From: Cyanophora paradoxa CCMP329
Lineage: Eukaryota > Plantae > Glaucophyta
Direction: 5' to 3'
Assembly (NCBI GenBank): GCA_004431415.1
Contig: QPMI01000208.1
Coordinates: forward strand, 62,001 to 126,000
DNA length: 64,000 nucleotides
Below, piece by piece: positions 35,960 through 47,072 of the stretch. A program made the position numbers and the translations under genes. Positions within the stretch are counted from its first letter, which is position 1; the number at the start of each line of letters is the position of its first letter. Below the pieces are notes generated by a model. The model had not been told where the DNA came from. It saw only the letters and a list, made by a program, of their open reading frames with translations, and did no database searches.

Positions 35960-36727
35960 ATAATTATAAGCACGCAAGATTTACAGAGTCGAGTCCGACC
36001 CGCGGGGGCACGTGAAAGCTACGTGCGAATTTCGCAACTTCTCCCGTCTAGCTCCTCGCCACCGAAAATGTCACCTGGCCATCGGCAGCCCTGTGGACCG
36101 CGCGCGCCTATATATCCCGCGAATACCGCAAGAAAGGGCTCTCCCGCGATGCATCGCACCCCCTGAATGCGAGGCTTGCACATGCTCAAATCACGAATTT
36201 TAGCTCCGAGCTCGCACCCCTCATGCATGAAGGTGCACGTGACGCCCCCACGTCGGCGTCTACAGCGCAATAAACCCAAATTAAACGTTACCGTAACGGC
36301 CTCTTTGTTCGCTCAGGCTGCGCTTTCGTGCTAGCTGTAGGCACAGATGGTGGACCGATTCCAGCCCGGCCCCTCTATGCATATGGATCATCGGATGCCG
36401 TCTGCATCAATATCTCAGAGTCTGATCATGGTCATGACTCTGATCATGAGGAACTTCGGAAGACGGCGAGAACGGCCCCAACAACGACAGCGCCGCACGC
36501 CTTGCAATTGCAAGGGGCAGATCTAGACATGACAGGCGACCCCCCAAAATCGTTAGCGGGACGCCTGAAACCCACGACCATGCCTTCATCCGGATCCTCG
36601 AGCTCTGCCCAACAACACGCGCCCGGCCCTCCGATCCGCGTCGAGACCCATGGCCAAACTGAGATATTTCAACATACTGCACGAAACCATATGCATGGCC
36701 ATCACGTCTCGACGTCTCAAAATATTA
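35960..36727 (+). repeat. Segment B; second copy at 37008-37769
   Basis: Near-identical; the difference I found is a 6 bp TTGCAA duplication at 36502-36513. Confidence 0.95.
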
Positions 36728-36765
36728 TAATATTTTGAGACGTCGAGACGTGATGGCCATGCATA
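36690..36765. repeat. Perfect 76 bp palindrome at the duplication junction
   Basis: 38 bp arms, centre TTA|TAA at 36727/36728. Confidence 0.95.
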
Positions 36766-36770
36766 GCGCT

Positions 36771-37769
36771 AGCGGCTCCTCGCGGTCCTCCCGGCGAGGC
36801 CGCCGCGTACCCGTCCTGATCGGAGCTAGCCAGGCTGGCCCGGCGGACCAGGCCGCACGTACACGCAGACGGTAGGGTTGCCGCAAATCGCCCCCAATTA
36901 ATTCGGAAAATCGGATTTTCGATCGCCCACGCACACTGTTCAGAACGCTCTGTCCAGAACGCTCTCAGAGTCAGTTATGTACTTAGCAACTGGCAAAGCA
37001 ATTAATTATAATTATAAGCACGCAAGATTTACAGAGTCGAGTCCGACCCGCGGGGGCACGTGAAAGCTACGTGCGAATTTCGCAACTTCTCCCGTCTAGC
37101 TCCTCGCCACCGAAAATGTCACCTGGCCATCGGCAGCCCTGTGGACCGCGCGCGCCTATATATCCCGCGAATACCGCAAGAAAGGGCTCTCCCGCGATGC
37201 ATCGCACCCCCTGAATGCGAGGCTTGCACATGCTCAAATCACGAATTTTAGCTCCGAGCTCGCACCCCTCATGCATGAAGGTGCACGTGACGCCCCCACG
37301 TCGGCGTCTACAGCGCAATAAACCCAAATTAAACGTTACCGTAACGGCCTCTTTGTTCGCTCAGGCTGCGCTTTCGTGCTAGCTGTAGGCACAGATGGTG
37401 GACCGATTCCAGCCCGGCCCCTCTATGCATATGGATCATCGGATGCCGTCTGCATCAATATCTCAGAGTCTGATCATGGTCATGACTCTGATCATGAGGA
37501 ACTTCGGAAGACGGCGAGAACGGCCCCAACAACGACAGCGCCGCACGCCTTGCAAGGGGCAGATCTAGACATGACAGGCGACCCCCCAAAATCGTTAGCG
37601 GGACGCCTGAAACCCACGACCATGCCTTCATCCGGATCCTCGAGCTCTGCCCAACAACACGCGCCCGGCCCTCCGATCCGCGTCGAGACCCATGGCCAAA
37701 CTGAGATATTTCAACATACTGCACGAAACCATATGCATGGCCATCACGTCTCGACGTCTCAAAATATTA
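36771..37769 (+). repeat. Second copy of segments A+B without the TIR element
   Basis: Identity to 32462-32698 and 35960-36727. Confidence 0.95.
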
Positions 37770-38720
37770 ATCGCAGTCGACGCCGCAGCCACTGCAGCTG
37801 GCGACCCGGCTTACAAGCTGCCCCCGGCCCTGGCCTGCGCCAGGACGGACTGCTATATTGCGCGCTCCTGCGCCAACTGTTCAACGGTTCCCGGCCTTCG
37901 CACTGGCTGACGATGCGAACTGGGGCTGGTCAGAGCGACAACGCCACTGGGGCCAGCGGCCGGGACCCCTTCCCCGGCCCCCGCATAATCGCGCCGCCGC
38001 CCGCCGCGCCTCCGCCCGCGGCCGGGGCGCCGCGCCGCGCGCGCGCTCCGCTAGCGCTCTGCCGGCGAGCAGCGCGCGCCGCCCTAGGCCTCGAGCTCCC
38101 GTGTCCCCGCGCCTGGCCCCGCGCGGTACCCGGTCCTAGCTGGACATGTCGCCCTCCGCGATGTCGACGTCGACTCGCCGTACGCGTGTACATGCATTGC
38201 TTGGCTAACCGGGCGCGGCACGCGGGAGCGCGCAGCGGCCGGCTGCGCGACGCGAGGCCGGCGCCGTGCACGTGACGGGCGGGGCGATCGGGCAGCGGCC
38301 GCGGTCGGCGCGGCTCGCCAGGCGGCGCGGTCGGCGGTCGGCCGGGTGGAGGCGCCGCGGCGCGGCAGCTGCAGGCGGCGGCGCGGCTCGGCCTGCGGGA
38401 CGGGGGCGCGGCGCGCCGCGTCGCGGCGGCGCGGCTCGGCGCGCGCGCGGGCGGGGCGGGTCGGGGGCGTGGCGCGCGGCGGGGCGCAGCGGCTCGGCGG
38501 GCGGGCGGGGGCGCGGTGGGCAGCGGCGCAGCTCTCCGGGCACCGGCGCGCGGGGGGGGAGGCGCGGGCGGCGGCGCGCTGCGCGCAGGCCCAGGCCTAC
38601 GCCTAGCGAGCGAAGATCTAGATAGCCGCTGAGCATGCGCATTACTTAGTTGTTGTATTCTGTCAACGCCGGCGCCCCTACTTTAGACCCCACCTTGCAC
38701 CTCCTGAGACGAGCGGGGGC

Positions 38721-38976
38721 TGTCGGATGGGAAGAAGCCCACCCGGTACGCCCTGCGCGGTCTAGCGCAGGCGGTGGTGATAGCAGGAAGCACAAGTGGT
38801 CTATTCACAAGTGTACCCGTACAGCGACGGCGTACCCCTCAGATGGGGCCGCGCCCGGCGCTAAGTCACAACACAGAGAGCACTACAAGCTAGAAGCTTA
38901 CTAGCGCTAGACTAAGGCTAGAGGCTAACCATAGACTACCAGCTAGCCTAGTCCGAGGGCATCGCGGCATGCGACA
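38721..38976 (-). repeat. 3' LTR
   Basis: Identical to 58978-59233. Confidence 0.97.
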
Positions 38977-38988
38977 ACTCCTCACTCT
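38977..38988 (-). other. Polypurine tract
   Basis: AGAGTGAGGAGT on the minus strand abutting the 3' LTR. Confidence 0.75.
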
Positions 38989-39608
38989 GCATACGATGCG
39001 TCCGCGCATCGGACCGCGCCAAGCTCGTCAGCACGCGCAGCGGGTCTCCCAAATCGCGGCGGCGACGGAGCAGGAGCTCCACTCGAGGAAGATAGGTCAT
39101 CACCAGCAACCAGCAGCACCAGGTCGACGAAGTCGGGGTAGATAATAAGGGTAGAGGTAGCAGGATCCGATACCGGAAATGCATGTACCTAGGCAACCCC
39201 TGGCAAAGCTTGAAAAGTGCTGAAAAGCATAGACTCGAAACCCGTGGGCTGGCCCAAAACTCGCTCCGTACGGCGAGCACCGCAGGAGAGGGGCACGGAT
39301 GGGAAGTTTCACCGCCTCGGAAGAAAACGCGAGGAGGTATCCGGGCCACCCATCAGGCCCAACGAAAGAGCGGGGCACGATAGAGTGAGCCGCCGACTAC
39401 ACGCCTTTCTGGGGCCGTGCACCAACGAAGCCCCACTCTACCACTCCTCTGAGCTCTAGGGCCCGCGCTCCAGAAAAGGGAACGAAAGTCTTCATGGAGC
39501 CAGCACGCCACCGACCCACGCTTGGCCCGACAAGACAGCGCAAGTGTGATCGGCCGACGTCTCCAAGAGAGGACAAGGCTGAGGCAAAGCTGGCAAAGAA
39601 ATCTGCCC

Positions 39609-42314
39609 TCAAGCATCTTCCACCAAGACCACATCTTCGGAGTCGCCCGAGGCCATCTGCTCCAGATCCTCGGCGCCGACGTCAGGGACAGAGTTTGAGT
39701 CTTGATTTGGTTGAGAAGAACTTGCTGATCCATCCACGGGGTCCTCGGAGTTCACTTTACGCGGCCGGCCCAAGCGGGGACGAGCTTGCGACTCAGAGAG
39801 GCGCGGCCGGAAAGGAAGCATGCAGTCGATGTGGGCGACCGTCTCGCGGAGAGGTCGAACCCGCGTGTCGCTCATGGTCGAATAGGGTTTAGCCGATCCC
39901 TTCACGGTGTAGGTGTAACCGCCCGGGTTAACGCCAGTAACCGTGTAAGGTCCGACCCATGAATTGTACAACCCCTTGTCATGGTCGCCCATCCAGCACA
40001 ACACCTTGTCGCCGACCTGGAAGCGACGGCGATGCGGAGGATCACCCGTGCGAGCTACCATGCGATTCCGATAGAACCGCCGGTATTCGCGCGAGGCGGC
40101 ATCGACGCTGGCCGCTGCCCTTGTCATGGCGAGGAGGTAGTCGGCTGGGTGCGTATGGTCGGGATTCGCGAAGCGGACACCTGCACCGAAGCGCACTTCA
40201 CAAGGAAGGTGCACGTCAACGCCACGGTGTAAGACCATCGGTGAGAAACCGGTGGCGGAGTGCACGGTGGTCCGCAAAGCGAGGACGATGTCCGCGTTGT
40301 ACAAGGGCCAATCAGAAAGAGGCCGCTTGTGCTCGCGGCACATCGCGTAGGCGAGAGTTTTGTAAACACCGCCGAGGCGCTCGGCGCCGCCGTTGGTGGC
40401 GTGGTGATAAGCGGCAGCGTGCACAAAGCGCGTGCCCTTTTCTTTGAAGAACTCGTTCCACAGGCCCCCAACCAACTGAGAGCCGCGGTCCGTGAGAATG
40501 CGCGCAGGCACGCCCTCATGCATATAGAAATCGATCGCGGTGGCGAGCAAGGCCTCGCCCGAGACGCGGGCCAGTGGATAGATGTAGCAGAACTTGGTAT
40601 ACGCGTCGACGTACGCGATGATGTACCGCAATCCGTCTTCGTGCATATCCAAGTGGAAGATATCCACCTGCCACAGATCGCCTCGGCCCGAAGGCTGTAT
40701 CACTTGAATAGCGGTACGGCGGGGCTTTACTGCCTTCGCGAACTGGCAGTGGGGGCACGATCGCACGAAGCGAGCGATCGAGGCGTACATGCCTGGCCAC
40801 CAGAATCGTTGGGAAATCCGACGCGCGATCACGGGGGCGCCACGGTGGGCCCAGCCCTCATGATAGGCGTACAGAACTCGATCGATCCAGGCGTCCGGCA
40901 GCACTGGTAAGAATCGGCCGGCAGGCACCAGCGGGTTACGTTCGATGACGCCATCTTCGGCGAGGCTGAAGTCGGCGGCCAATCGCACGAAACGCTCCTG
41001 GGCCCGCAAGCAATGTGCGCAGGAAGGGGGGCAAGGGTCCGCCCCTCGCTTGTCGCCACGCGAGCACCGAGTCGGGTTCTCACCCTTCTCAAAGTAACCC
41101 AAGAGCTTCTTGCAGAAAGAGTCTTCCCTTTGGGCGGCAAGCAGGCGCTCCCGTCTCTCGAGCGGGAACATGCGACGCAGCGAGCCGGGGAGGGCGCCAT
41201 CGATCGCCGGCGAAGGCCCACAGGCCCAGGCGTCAAGGACCGTGTCCACGAAGACCGGCTTGCACGGCGGGCGTACTTCGCGACCTCTGGGGTCAAGCTC
41301 GATCCACCGTCGCGGAGCGAGAGTCTCTGCGGCGACTACCTCGGGGCCCGGAGCCTGAGGAGCTGGCGACGGCTCGCCCCCACGGCGGCGCAGCGGCTTC
41401 GGAGGATCGGGCATGGTAGGCTGCACTCGCATCTGGTTCCGCGCCGTCTCAGGGGAGAGCGAGCGGCGGCGAGAGGGCCCCGGGGGCGGCTCGCCCTCGA
41501 CGGACTCGGGCTCCCAATCCAAGTGGATTGGCACCGGCGCCTCGCTTTGATCAGCTGGGGCACGCCAGTGGCGGGTATTGTGCTCGTTTCGCGGCTGACG
41601 TCTCATGGCTGGACCGCGGGGAAGGACACCGGAGGGGTGCGCGGGACGAGGCTCGGCGAAGCCCCGGCGGTCCCATCGGCGCGGGCCTGTCTCGGCGCGC
41701 GGCGGCAGTTTGCCCAGGAGGGTCAACGGGAATCCGTCGGCGTCGCACTCAGCGTCCAGTTCAGCCTCAGGCGAGACTTCCGACTCTGAATCAGCCGCCG
41801 CGGCCTCGGCGTGTGCACTCTTGAGCAATGCCGGCGGCGCGCCGTCCTCATTGTCGGTGGGGGCGTCCGGCATGTCCACGTCGGAATCCGAGCCGGCCCC
41901 AGGGCCAGTAGTGGGGCGACGGTCTCGCTTCGCAGGCGGCGGGGACGGCGACTCGGGTGCACGAGGCGCGAAGCGCTCGGGTACGGCCCTCGCCCTCTTC
42001 CTTGACTCGTCGTCGCTGGCGGTAGCGGACGCCTTGGCCTCGGCATAGCCCGCAGAGGCGGCGAGCTTAGCAAGCTCGCGGGGCACTCGGCGGCGGCCGG
42101 CCGGCGCGGGTGCAGGCTCGGGGGGCCGCGACTCCTCCTCTGCATTAGAGGAGCGGCCCACTGGTTTCGCAGGTACGGCTGCTGGGCTCGACTCGTCGAC
42201 GGGCGGGCGGCCACGCCGGCGGCCCGAACGATCGAGGCCCGCAGGCACCGCGCCCTGGAAGCCGGCGGAGTCGGCGAGCTTCCGCAGGGCTCGCTCTGTC
42301 GGGCCCAACTGCAC
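39609..42314 (-). CDS. pol: pol: long disordered linker plus integrase (HHCC, DDE, GPY/F)
   Basis: YHEGWAHRG..CPHC, WQVDIF, ILTDRGSQ, NGGAER, WVGPYTV. No chromodomain visible. Confidence 0.93.
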   Translation of the reverse strand: MQLGPTERALRKLADSAGFQGAVPAGLDRSGRRRGRPPVDESSPAAVPAKPVGRSSNAEEESRPPEPAPAPAGRRRVPRELAKLAASAGYAEAKASATASDDESRKRARAVPERFAPRAPESPSPPPAKRDRRPTTGPGAGSDSDVDMPDAPTDNEDGAPPALLKSAHAEAAAADSESEVSPEAELDAECDADGFPLTLLGKLPPRAETGPRRWDRRGFAEPRPAHPSGVLPRGPAMRRQPRNEHNTRHWRAPADQSEAPVPIHLDWEPESVEGEPPPGPSRRRSLSPETARNQMRVQPTMPDPPKPLRRRGGEPSPAPQAPGPEVVAAETLAPRRWIELDPRGREVRPPCKPVFVDTVLDAWACGPSPAIDGALPGSLRRMFPLERRERLLAAQREDSFCKKLLGYFEKGENPTRCSRGDKRGADPCPPSCAHCLRAQERFVRLAADFSLAEDGVIERNPLVPAGRFLPVLPDAWIDRVLYAYHEGWAHRGAPVIARRISQRFWWPGMYASIARFVRSCPHCQFAKAVKPRRTAIQVIQPSGRGDLWQVDIFHLDMHEDGLRYIIAYVDAYTKFCYIYPLARVSGEALLATAIDFYMHEGVPARILTDRGSQLVGGLWNEFFKEKGTRFVHAAAYHHATNGGAERLGGVYKTLAYAMCREHKRPLSDWPLYNADIVLALRTTVHSATGFSPMVLHRGVDVHLPCEVRFGAGVRFANPDHTHPADYLLAMTRAAASVDAASREYRRFYRNRMVARTGDPPHRRRFQVGDKVLCWMGDHDKGLYNSWVGPYTVTGVNPGGYTYTVKGSAKPYSTMSDTRVRPLRETVAHIDCMLPFRPRLSESQARPRLGRPRKVNSEDPVDGSASSSQPNQDSNSVPDVGAEDLEQMASGDSEDVVLVEDA

Positions 42315-43552
42315 GCGGAAGATGCCGAGGGGAACGTCGGGGTCCTCGGGCTCGGCGCCCTCGGCATGCTGGGAACGCCAAAGCCCTCGGCTCCCTTGTA
42401 GGCCGCGGGCGTCGAGGAAGAGCCATCGGCGCCGCCGGGCTGCCAGACGGGGTGGTCCTTAGGGAGGCGCGAACACGCGTCAGGGCCGCCGTTCTGTTTG
42501 CCCGGGCGATAGACAATATCAAAATCGTAAGCCTGCAGGAGCAGGGACCAGCGGCCTAGCCGACCCGTCGTCGGATCGAGGCTTTTCAACCACTGGAGGG
42601 CGTGGTGGTCGGTTCGGACCAGGAACTGGGGCCCGCCTAGCAGATAGTGGCGCCAATACTTGATGGCCCACACGACGGCGAGACACTCGAGTTCCGTAGC
42701 CGAGTAGTTCATCTCAGCCGGCAGCAAAGTGCGGCTGATAAAGGCAAGGGGCGCTCGACGCCGTCCTTGTCCGTCTGGCTCAGAATCGCGCCGATTGCGT
42801 ATGTACTGGCGTCCGTCTGGAGTATGAAGGGCTTCGAGAAATCCGGGAACCGCAATATGATATCGCGACCCAGCAGTTCTTTCAGCTCCTTAAAGGCACG
42901 GTCGGCGGCACCGCCCTCAGGCCAACTCCAGACGGCGTCCTTCAATAGAAGGCGCTGCATAGCGTAAACCACTTTGGAGAAGTTCTCAACAAAGCGGCGG
43001 TAGTAACCGGCGAGGCCCAGGAACGAGCGGAGCTCGTCCGCGTTCTTAGGCGTCTGCCAGTCCGAGATCACCTTGGTCTTCGCGGGGTCCTGCCGGATCC
43101 CCTCGGCGGAGATGCGGTGGCCTAGAAGGTCGATTTCTGGCACGCAGAAGCGGCACTTCGACGGCTTCAGGCGCAAGTTCGCCTTGGAGATCGCTTCGAA
43201 AAGCGCCTTCAAGTCCAAGAGGTGCTGATCGATCGACGGCGAGAACACCGTGATGTCATCGATGTAGGCCACGACACAGGTCGTCAGGAGAGGGCCCAAG
43301 ATCGCGGTGATCGCACGAGAGAAGGCCGCAGGGCCATTGGTCACCCCGAACGGGGTCACGCGCCACTGGAAGTGACCCCAGGGGACGACGAATGCAGTGT
43401 ACGCGCGCGAGCCGGGGTGGAGAGGGAGCTGCCAGAAGCCGGCGGTAGCATCCGCCGTCGAGAAGACCATCGAGCCGCGCAGGCGCTCGAGCTGGTCGTC
43501 GATGCGGGGCAGCGGGAATACGTCGCGCTCCGTGATCTGATTAAGCCTTCTC
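42315..43552 (-). CDS. pol: pol: reverse transcriptase (N-terminally deleted) plus RNase H, frameshifted
   Basis: FPLPRIDD, GFWQ, PFGVTNGPAAF, YIDD, FLGLAGYYRRFV, LQTDAS, NYSATELECLAVVWA, TDHHAL. Confidence 0.93.
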
Positions 43553-45130
43553 GTCTCCGAGCCTTGCGGACTGTCATCACGTCATGTAACGAGCGGACGG
43601 CGCGTAGGATGTCGGCTTCCCCAGCCTCTGTGAGCTTGGGGAAGGTCCCGCGCAGCGTTGCGCCTGCGGGCACGGCCACGGCTTCGACCGCGTCGGCAAA
43701 TTCGGTTGCCGGCGGGCCCGAGATCGGTACTGTTGTCGGAGATGCGCTTCTCTGGGACGCGCCGTCGAGGTCAGAGGCGTCGTCGAAACTAATAAGGCTC
43801 ATAGCGTCCGTCTCTTGCCACGGCCGGTCATAGACATCGAACGGCATTGCGCCGAATGCGACAACGAGATCATCGGCGTCGTAGAGCGGCGCGCGGGTCG
43901 GGCCCGGAGGGCCAAGCACAGGTAGAGCAGCGGTGGCTGCCCGTGCTTCTTCAGCTGCAGTTACTACGGCGCGCAGCGAGGTGATGATCTTTTCGACATC
44001 TTTGGCAGGCTCGTAAGCCGCCCCAAGCATGCGCGCTTTTCTATTGAAGTGGCGAAGTCCCGTGCGGCGTTTAGCCGGCACAATTCGCATGCGGCGAATT
44101 AAAAGATCAGTCAGATCTTTGGGACTGGTGGGAATTTGCTCAGGCTCATACAAGAAATCACCAGGGGGCAAAGCCACTGCCTCGGCGACTGCTACTACTG
44201 AACCTAAGGGGAGGGTAACTGGCTGGCGTCTGGGGTTACACAGCCGCACGTGGAACATTTTGTTCCCCGGGTTGTTGTGCAGCTGGAAGGGGCAGAGTAC
44301 GCCCAAGGCTTGAGGCGACTCCGGCGAGGGCTCGACGTAGAGGTGCGGCAACTCACGCGTTGCCGGGCCCTGCCCATTGAGCGTACATGGGACGAGGGCC
44401 TCTCCGACGGGGAGCTTTACAGGTCCGAGCACGCGGACCAGGATCCCAAGCTGGTCCGGAGCCGAAAAGGGACGACAACCTCACGGTAGTGGCTGTCGCG
44501 GGCGCGGAGGCACCAGCCCGACAGCGTAGTATCGATCTGGCCGTGGATGGCCTGGATGGCATCCAGGCCGAGAAGAATGTCGGGCTCGGGGCCCATGACG
44601 CCGCGCGGGACGACGAAAACACGACGGCAGAAACGGAGAGTCCCGAGGATGAAAACTACGTCGGCGCGACGGCAACGGATTTTGTCGCGGTCCATGAAGC
44701 CACGAACTACGGTGTGGCCCTCGACGTAATTGACTTCGTCGGGCGGCAGGCGATCGAGGACTTCCTGCGGGACGACGGTGCCTTGGGCGCCCGTGTCGAT
44801 GACGATGCGGACAGGCCGCTCGGCGCCCGACCGTCCGTTGGGGAGTCGCATCGCGATGCAGCCTGGGATTTGCAGTGTTTTTGGCCGGAAGAACTCGAGC
44901 GTTTTGTCGCGAGGCCAGCCGGTGCGGGCCTTGCGGACGTAGTACTCGGGTTCCGGCGGGGCGGGCGGTCCCGCAAGGTCGGGGCTGCCCGCTTCAGAGC
45001 TCGGCGAGGACGGGCGCGAGTTGCGAGCGGCTGCGCGGCGCGCGATCCGCTGCTGCTCCGCCTGCTCCTCCGCGGGGGACGGGCGCGAGCGTTTACGCCG
45101 GCTCGGGCCGTGACGGTTTGCATAAATCAA
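43553..45130 (-). CDS. pol: pol: retropepsin aspartic protease plus dUTPase-like linker, frameshifted at ~44470
   Basis: IVIDTGAQ and ILLGLD. The following segment VRLCNPRRQPVTLPLGSVVA resembles degenerate dUTPase-like folds. Confidence 0.82.
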
Positions 45131-45444
45131 CTCGTCGGCGGGCGGGTCGTAGCCCGCGCGCGTGCCCAGCGGAGTGTCCTCTGCCGGCCGAGGGACGTTT
45201 CAAACTGAACGGAGTTTGCGTCACGCCCCGCCCATTGTTAACTTCTTCCGCCAATGAAATTAGCCCAGCGCAAACTTGAGCTCGAACTTGGCCTCGTACA
45301 CAGTGGCGTACACACGCGGCCACAACGGTCACAGTAACGGTCAGCAGGCCGGCTTGCTAGTCAGCTTCCCTCGGCTAGGCCGGACTAGCTAGCTTCCCGC
45401 CATCGCGCACGCCCGAGCGCGAGCATTCCTGCACGCCGCCGTGC

Positions 45445-47072
45445 ATGAAGCAGTCAAAGCGAAAGGAACCCAGCCTCTGGGATGACGGCTTCGACGAGGC
45501 CCGACGTCGGCACCGCTGGCACGGCAAGCGACCCGACAGCAGCAGCTCGTGGGCCGGCAAGGGCAACATGAAGCGTGTCAACAAGATCACTCAGCAGGCG
45601 CGCAAGGCGAAGGAGCCCAAGCTCCCTGACCTCGACATCCTCAAGGGCGAGCACCCCGCGGCAACGGTCCGCTGCCTGGACACCAGCGGCCGCGCCTACC
45701 ACGTTCGCCTTGGCGACTTCGTCATCTGTTCAGTTAGCTCAGACACCCAGCTGTGTCCAGAACTCAGCGTCGTTCGCCCGAAGCCCTTCCATTTCCCGCG
45801 CCCAGGTGAAACGATTTTGGCGCGAGTCGAGGGCGAGTTCCCAACACAGACGAAGGCGAAGCGCGGCGACTTCAACTACTCCGTCAACGGCGTCATCCTT
45901 CGGCGCTTCGTGCGCCCGGAGGACTCCGATGTGAAGGACTGCGGGCTCGGCAGCGTGATCATCAAGGCAGACGGGGAGCAGGCAGCCGTGGCCATCGCAA
46001 ACCACCTCATCTACTACTCGAACGTGACGGTCCGCCCGCCGCGCCCGCGCCCCGTTCCAGCGTCCGATGCCCGTGCGCGCAGGTTCACGCACCCGCGAAG
46101 GTGGTGGCCGCGGACGAGTACAAAGCCCTCAACCACGCCGATCCCCACATCTACGTCTGTAAGCAAATCATGACGTTCCCGGGCGACGGCTCCTTCCAGT
46201 TCGACGTCGCCCTCGCCTTCAACGCGAGGCTCAAGCGAGTGGCGAAGAAGAAGATGGCGTGCTTCCTCCGGCCGCTGTCGAGGCCGGAGGAGCGCGTGGA
46301 GGCGATTGGCTACCTTCAGGACGCCGCCGCGAACGCCCTCAAGCGCCGGAAGACCGGGACGCAGCTTGTCAACGTCAAGATCCCGGTGGCCGGGCCGGCA
46401 ATGTTGGTCTGCGGCTCTTATGACTCGTTCGAAGTTCTTTTTCCTATCCTCTAACGGTGCGCATCGCAGGAGAACATCGTGGCGCAGGTCGCGCACGTCG
46501 CCACGCCCATCGACCCGAAGACGGGCCAGCCGATCCCGGTTGACAAGCTGCCGGCGGCGAATCGCTTCGTTATCGAGCTTCCGGACCGCGAGACCGCTGC
46601 TGGTGGAAGCCGCTTCCTTTTTCCCGCTCGCTGTTCTTTTTCCGACCTCTTTGCAGCTGTTCTCGGTCCCTCCGGCGTGGCGCAAGCGTCCAAGCGCGTC
46701 TGCAAGCGGGACGCGGACGGGAAGGCGATCCGGAAGCACAGCGAGCACAGCGATCCGGACGCGGACGGGAAGGCGATCCGGAAGGCGAGACGGGGACGGG
46801 AACGGCGCGCGCACACGCTGCTGAAGGTACTCGATCGCTTCAAGGAGCTTGGACGCCATGCGAACCGCATCGGAAACCCGCTTGCAGCCGGTGAGCCTCC
46901 GATAGAGTGCGGCGTCCTCCTCCTCGATGCGAAAGCGGTGCCGCCCGGGCTTGTCCCAGGGGGTGAATCGATCTTCCTCCTCGCCCGTCATCTCGACATC
47001 GCACTTGCGCCGCTTGCACTGCTGCTTGGTGGACGTGGCGGGCTTCTTCGGGGCTGGCTTCTTCGCGGCTGA
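45445..47072 (+). CDS. Antisense intron-containing BAH-domain protein inside the retrotransposon; 3' end uncertain
   Basis: YHVRLGDFVIC..ILARVE..VILRRFVRPEDS..LIYYSN[intron 46030-46082]VHAPAKVVAADEY..IYVC follows the BAH pattern. A second GT-AG intron at 46407-46469 has a CTAAC branch site and keeps the frame. Confidence 0.68.

Larger units (their letters stand above)
32696..35961. mobile_element. Non-autonomous long-TIR DNA element (Pack-MULE-like), about 3.26 kb
   Basis: Ends ATTGGGGAAGG...CCTTCCCCAAT with ~250 bp imperfect inverted similarity, flanked by AATTA on both sides. Absent from the duplicate copy of the locus (37007/37008). No transposase seen. Confidence 0.8.

Noticed and set aside
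36328-38275. Duplicated ORFs (MLAVGTDGG...) in segment B
   Set aside because: They start at a non-ATG codon and have no domain evidence; repetition is explained by the duplication.
46014-46800. C-terminal half of the 588 aa minus-strand ORF as real protein
   Set aside because: It lies antisense to the BAH exons and reads through an intron-like segment; probably a shadow frame.
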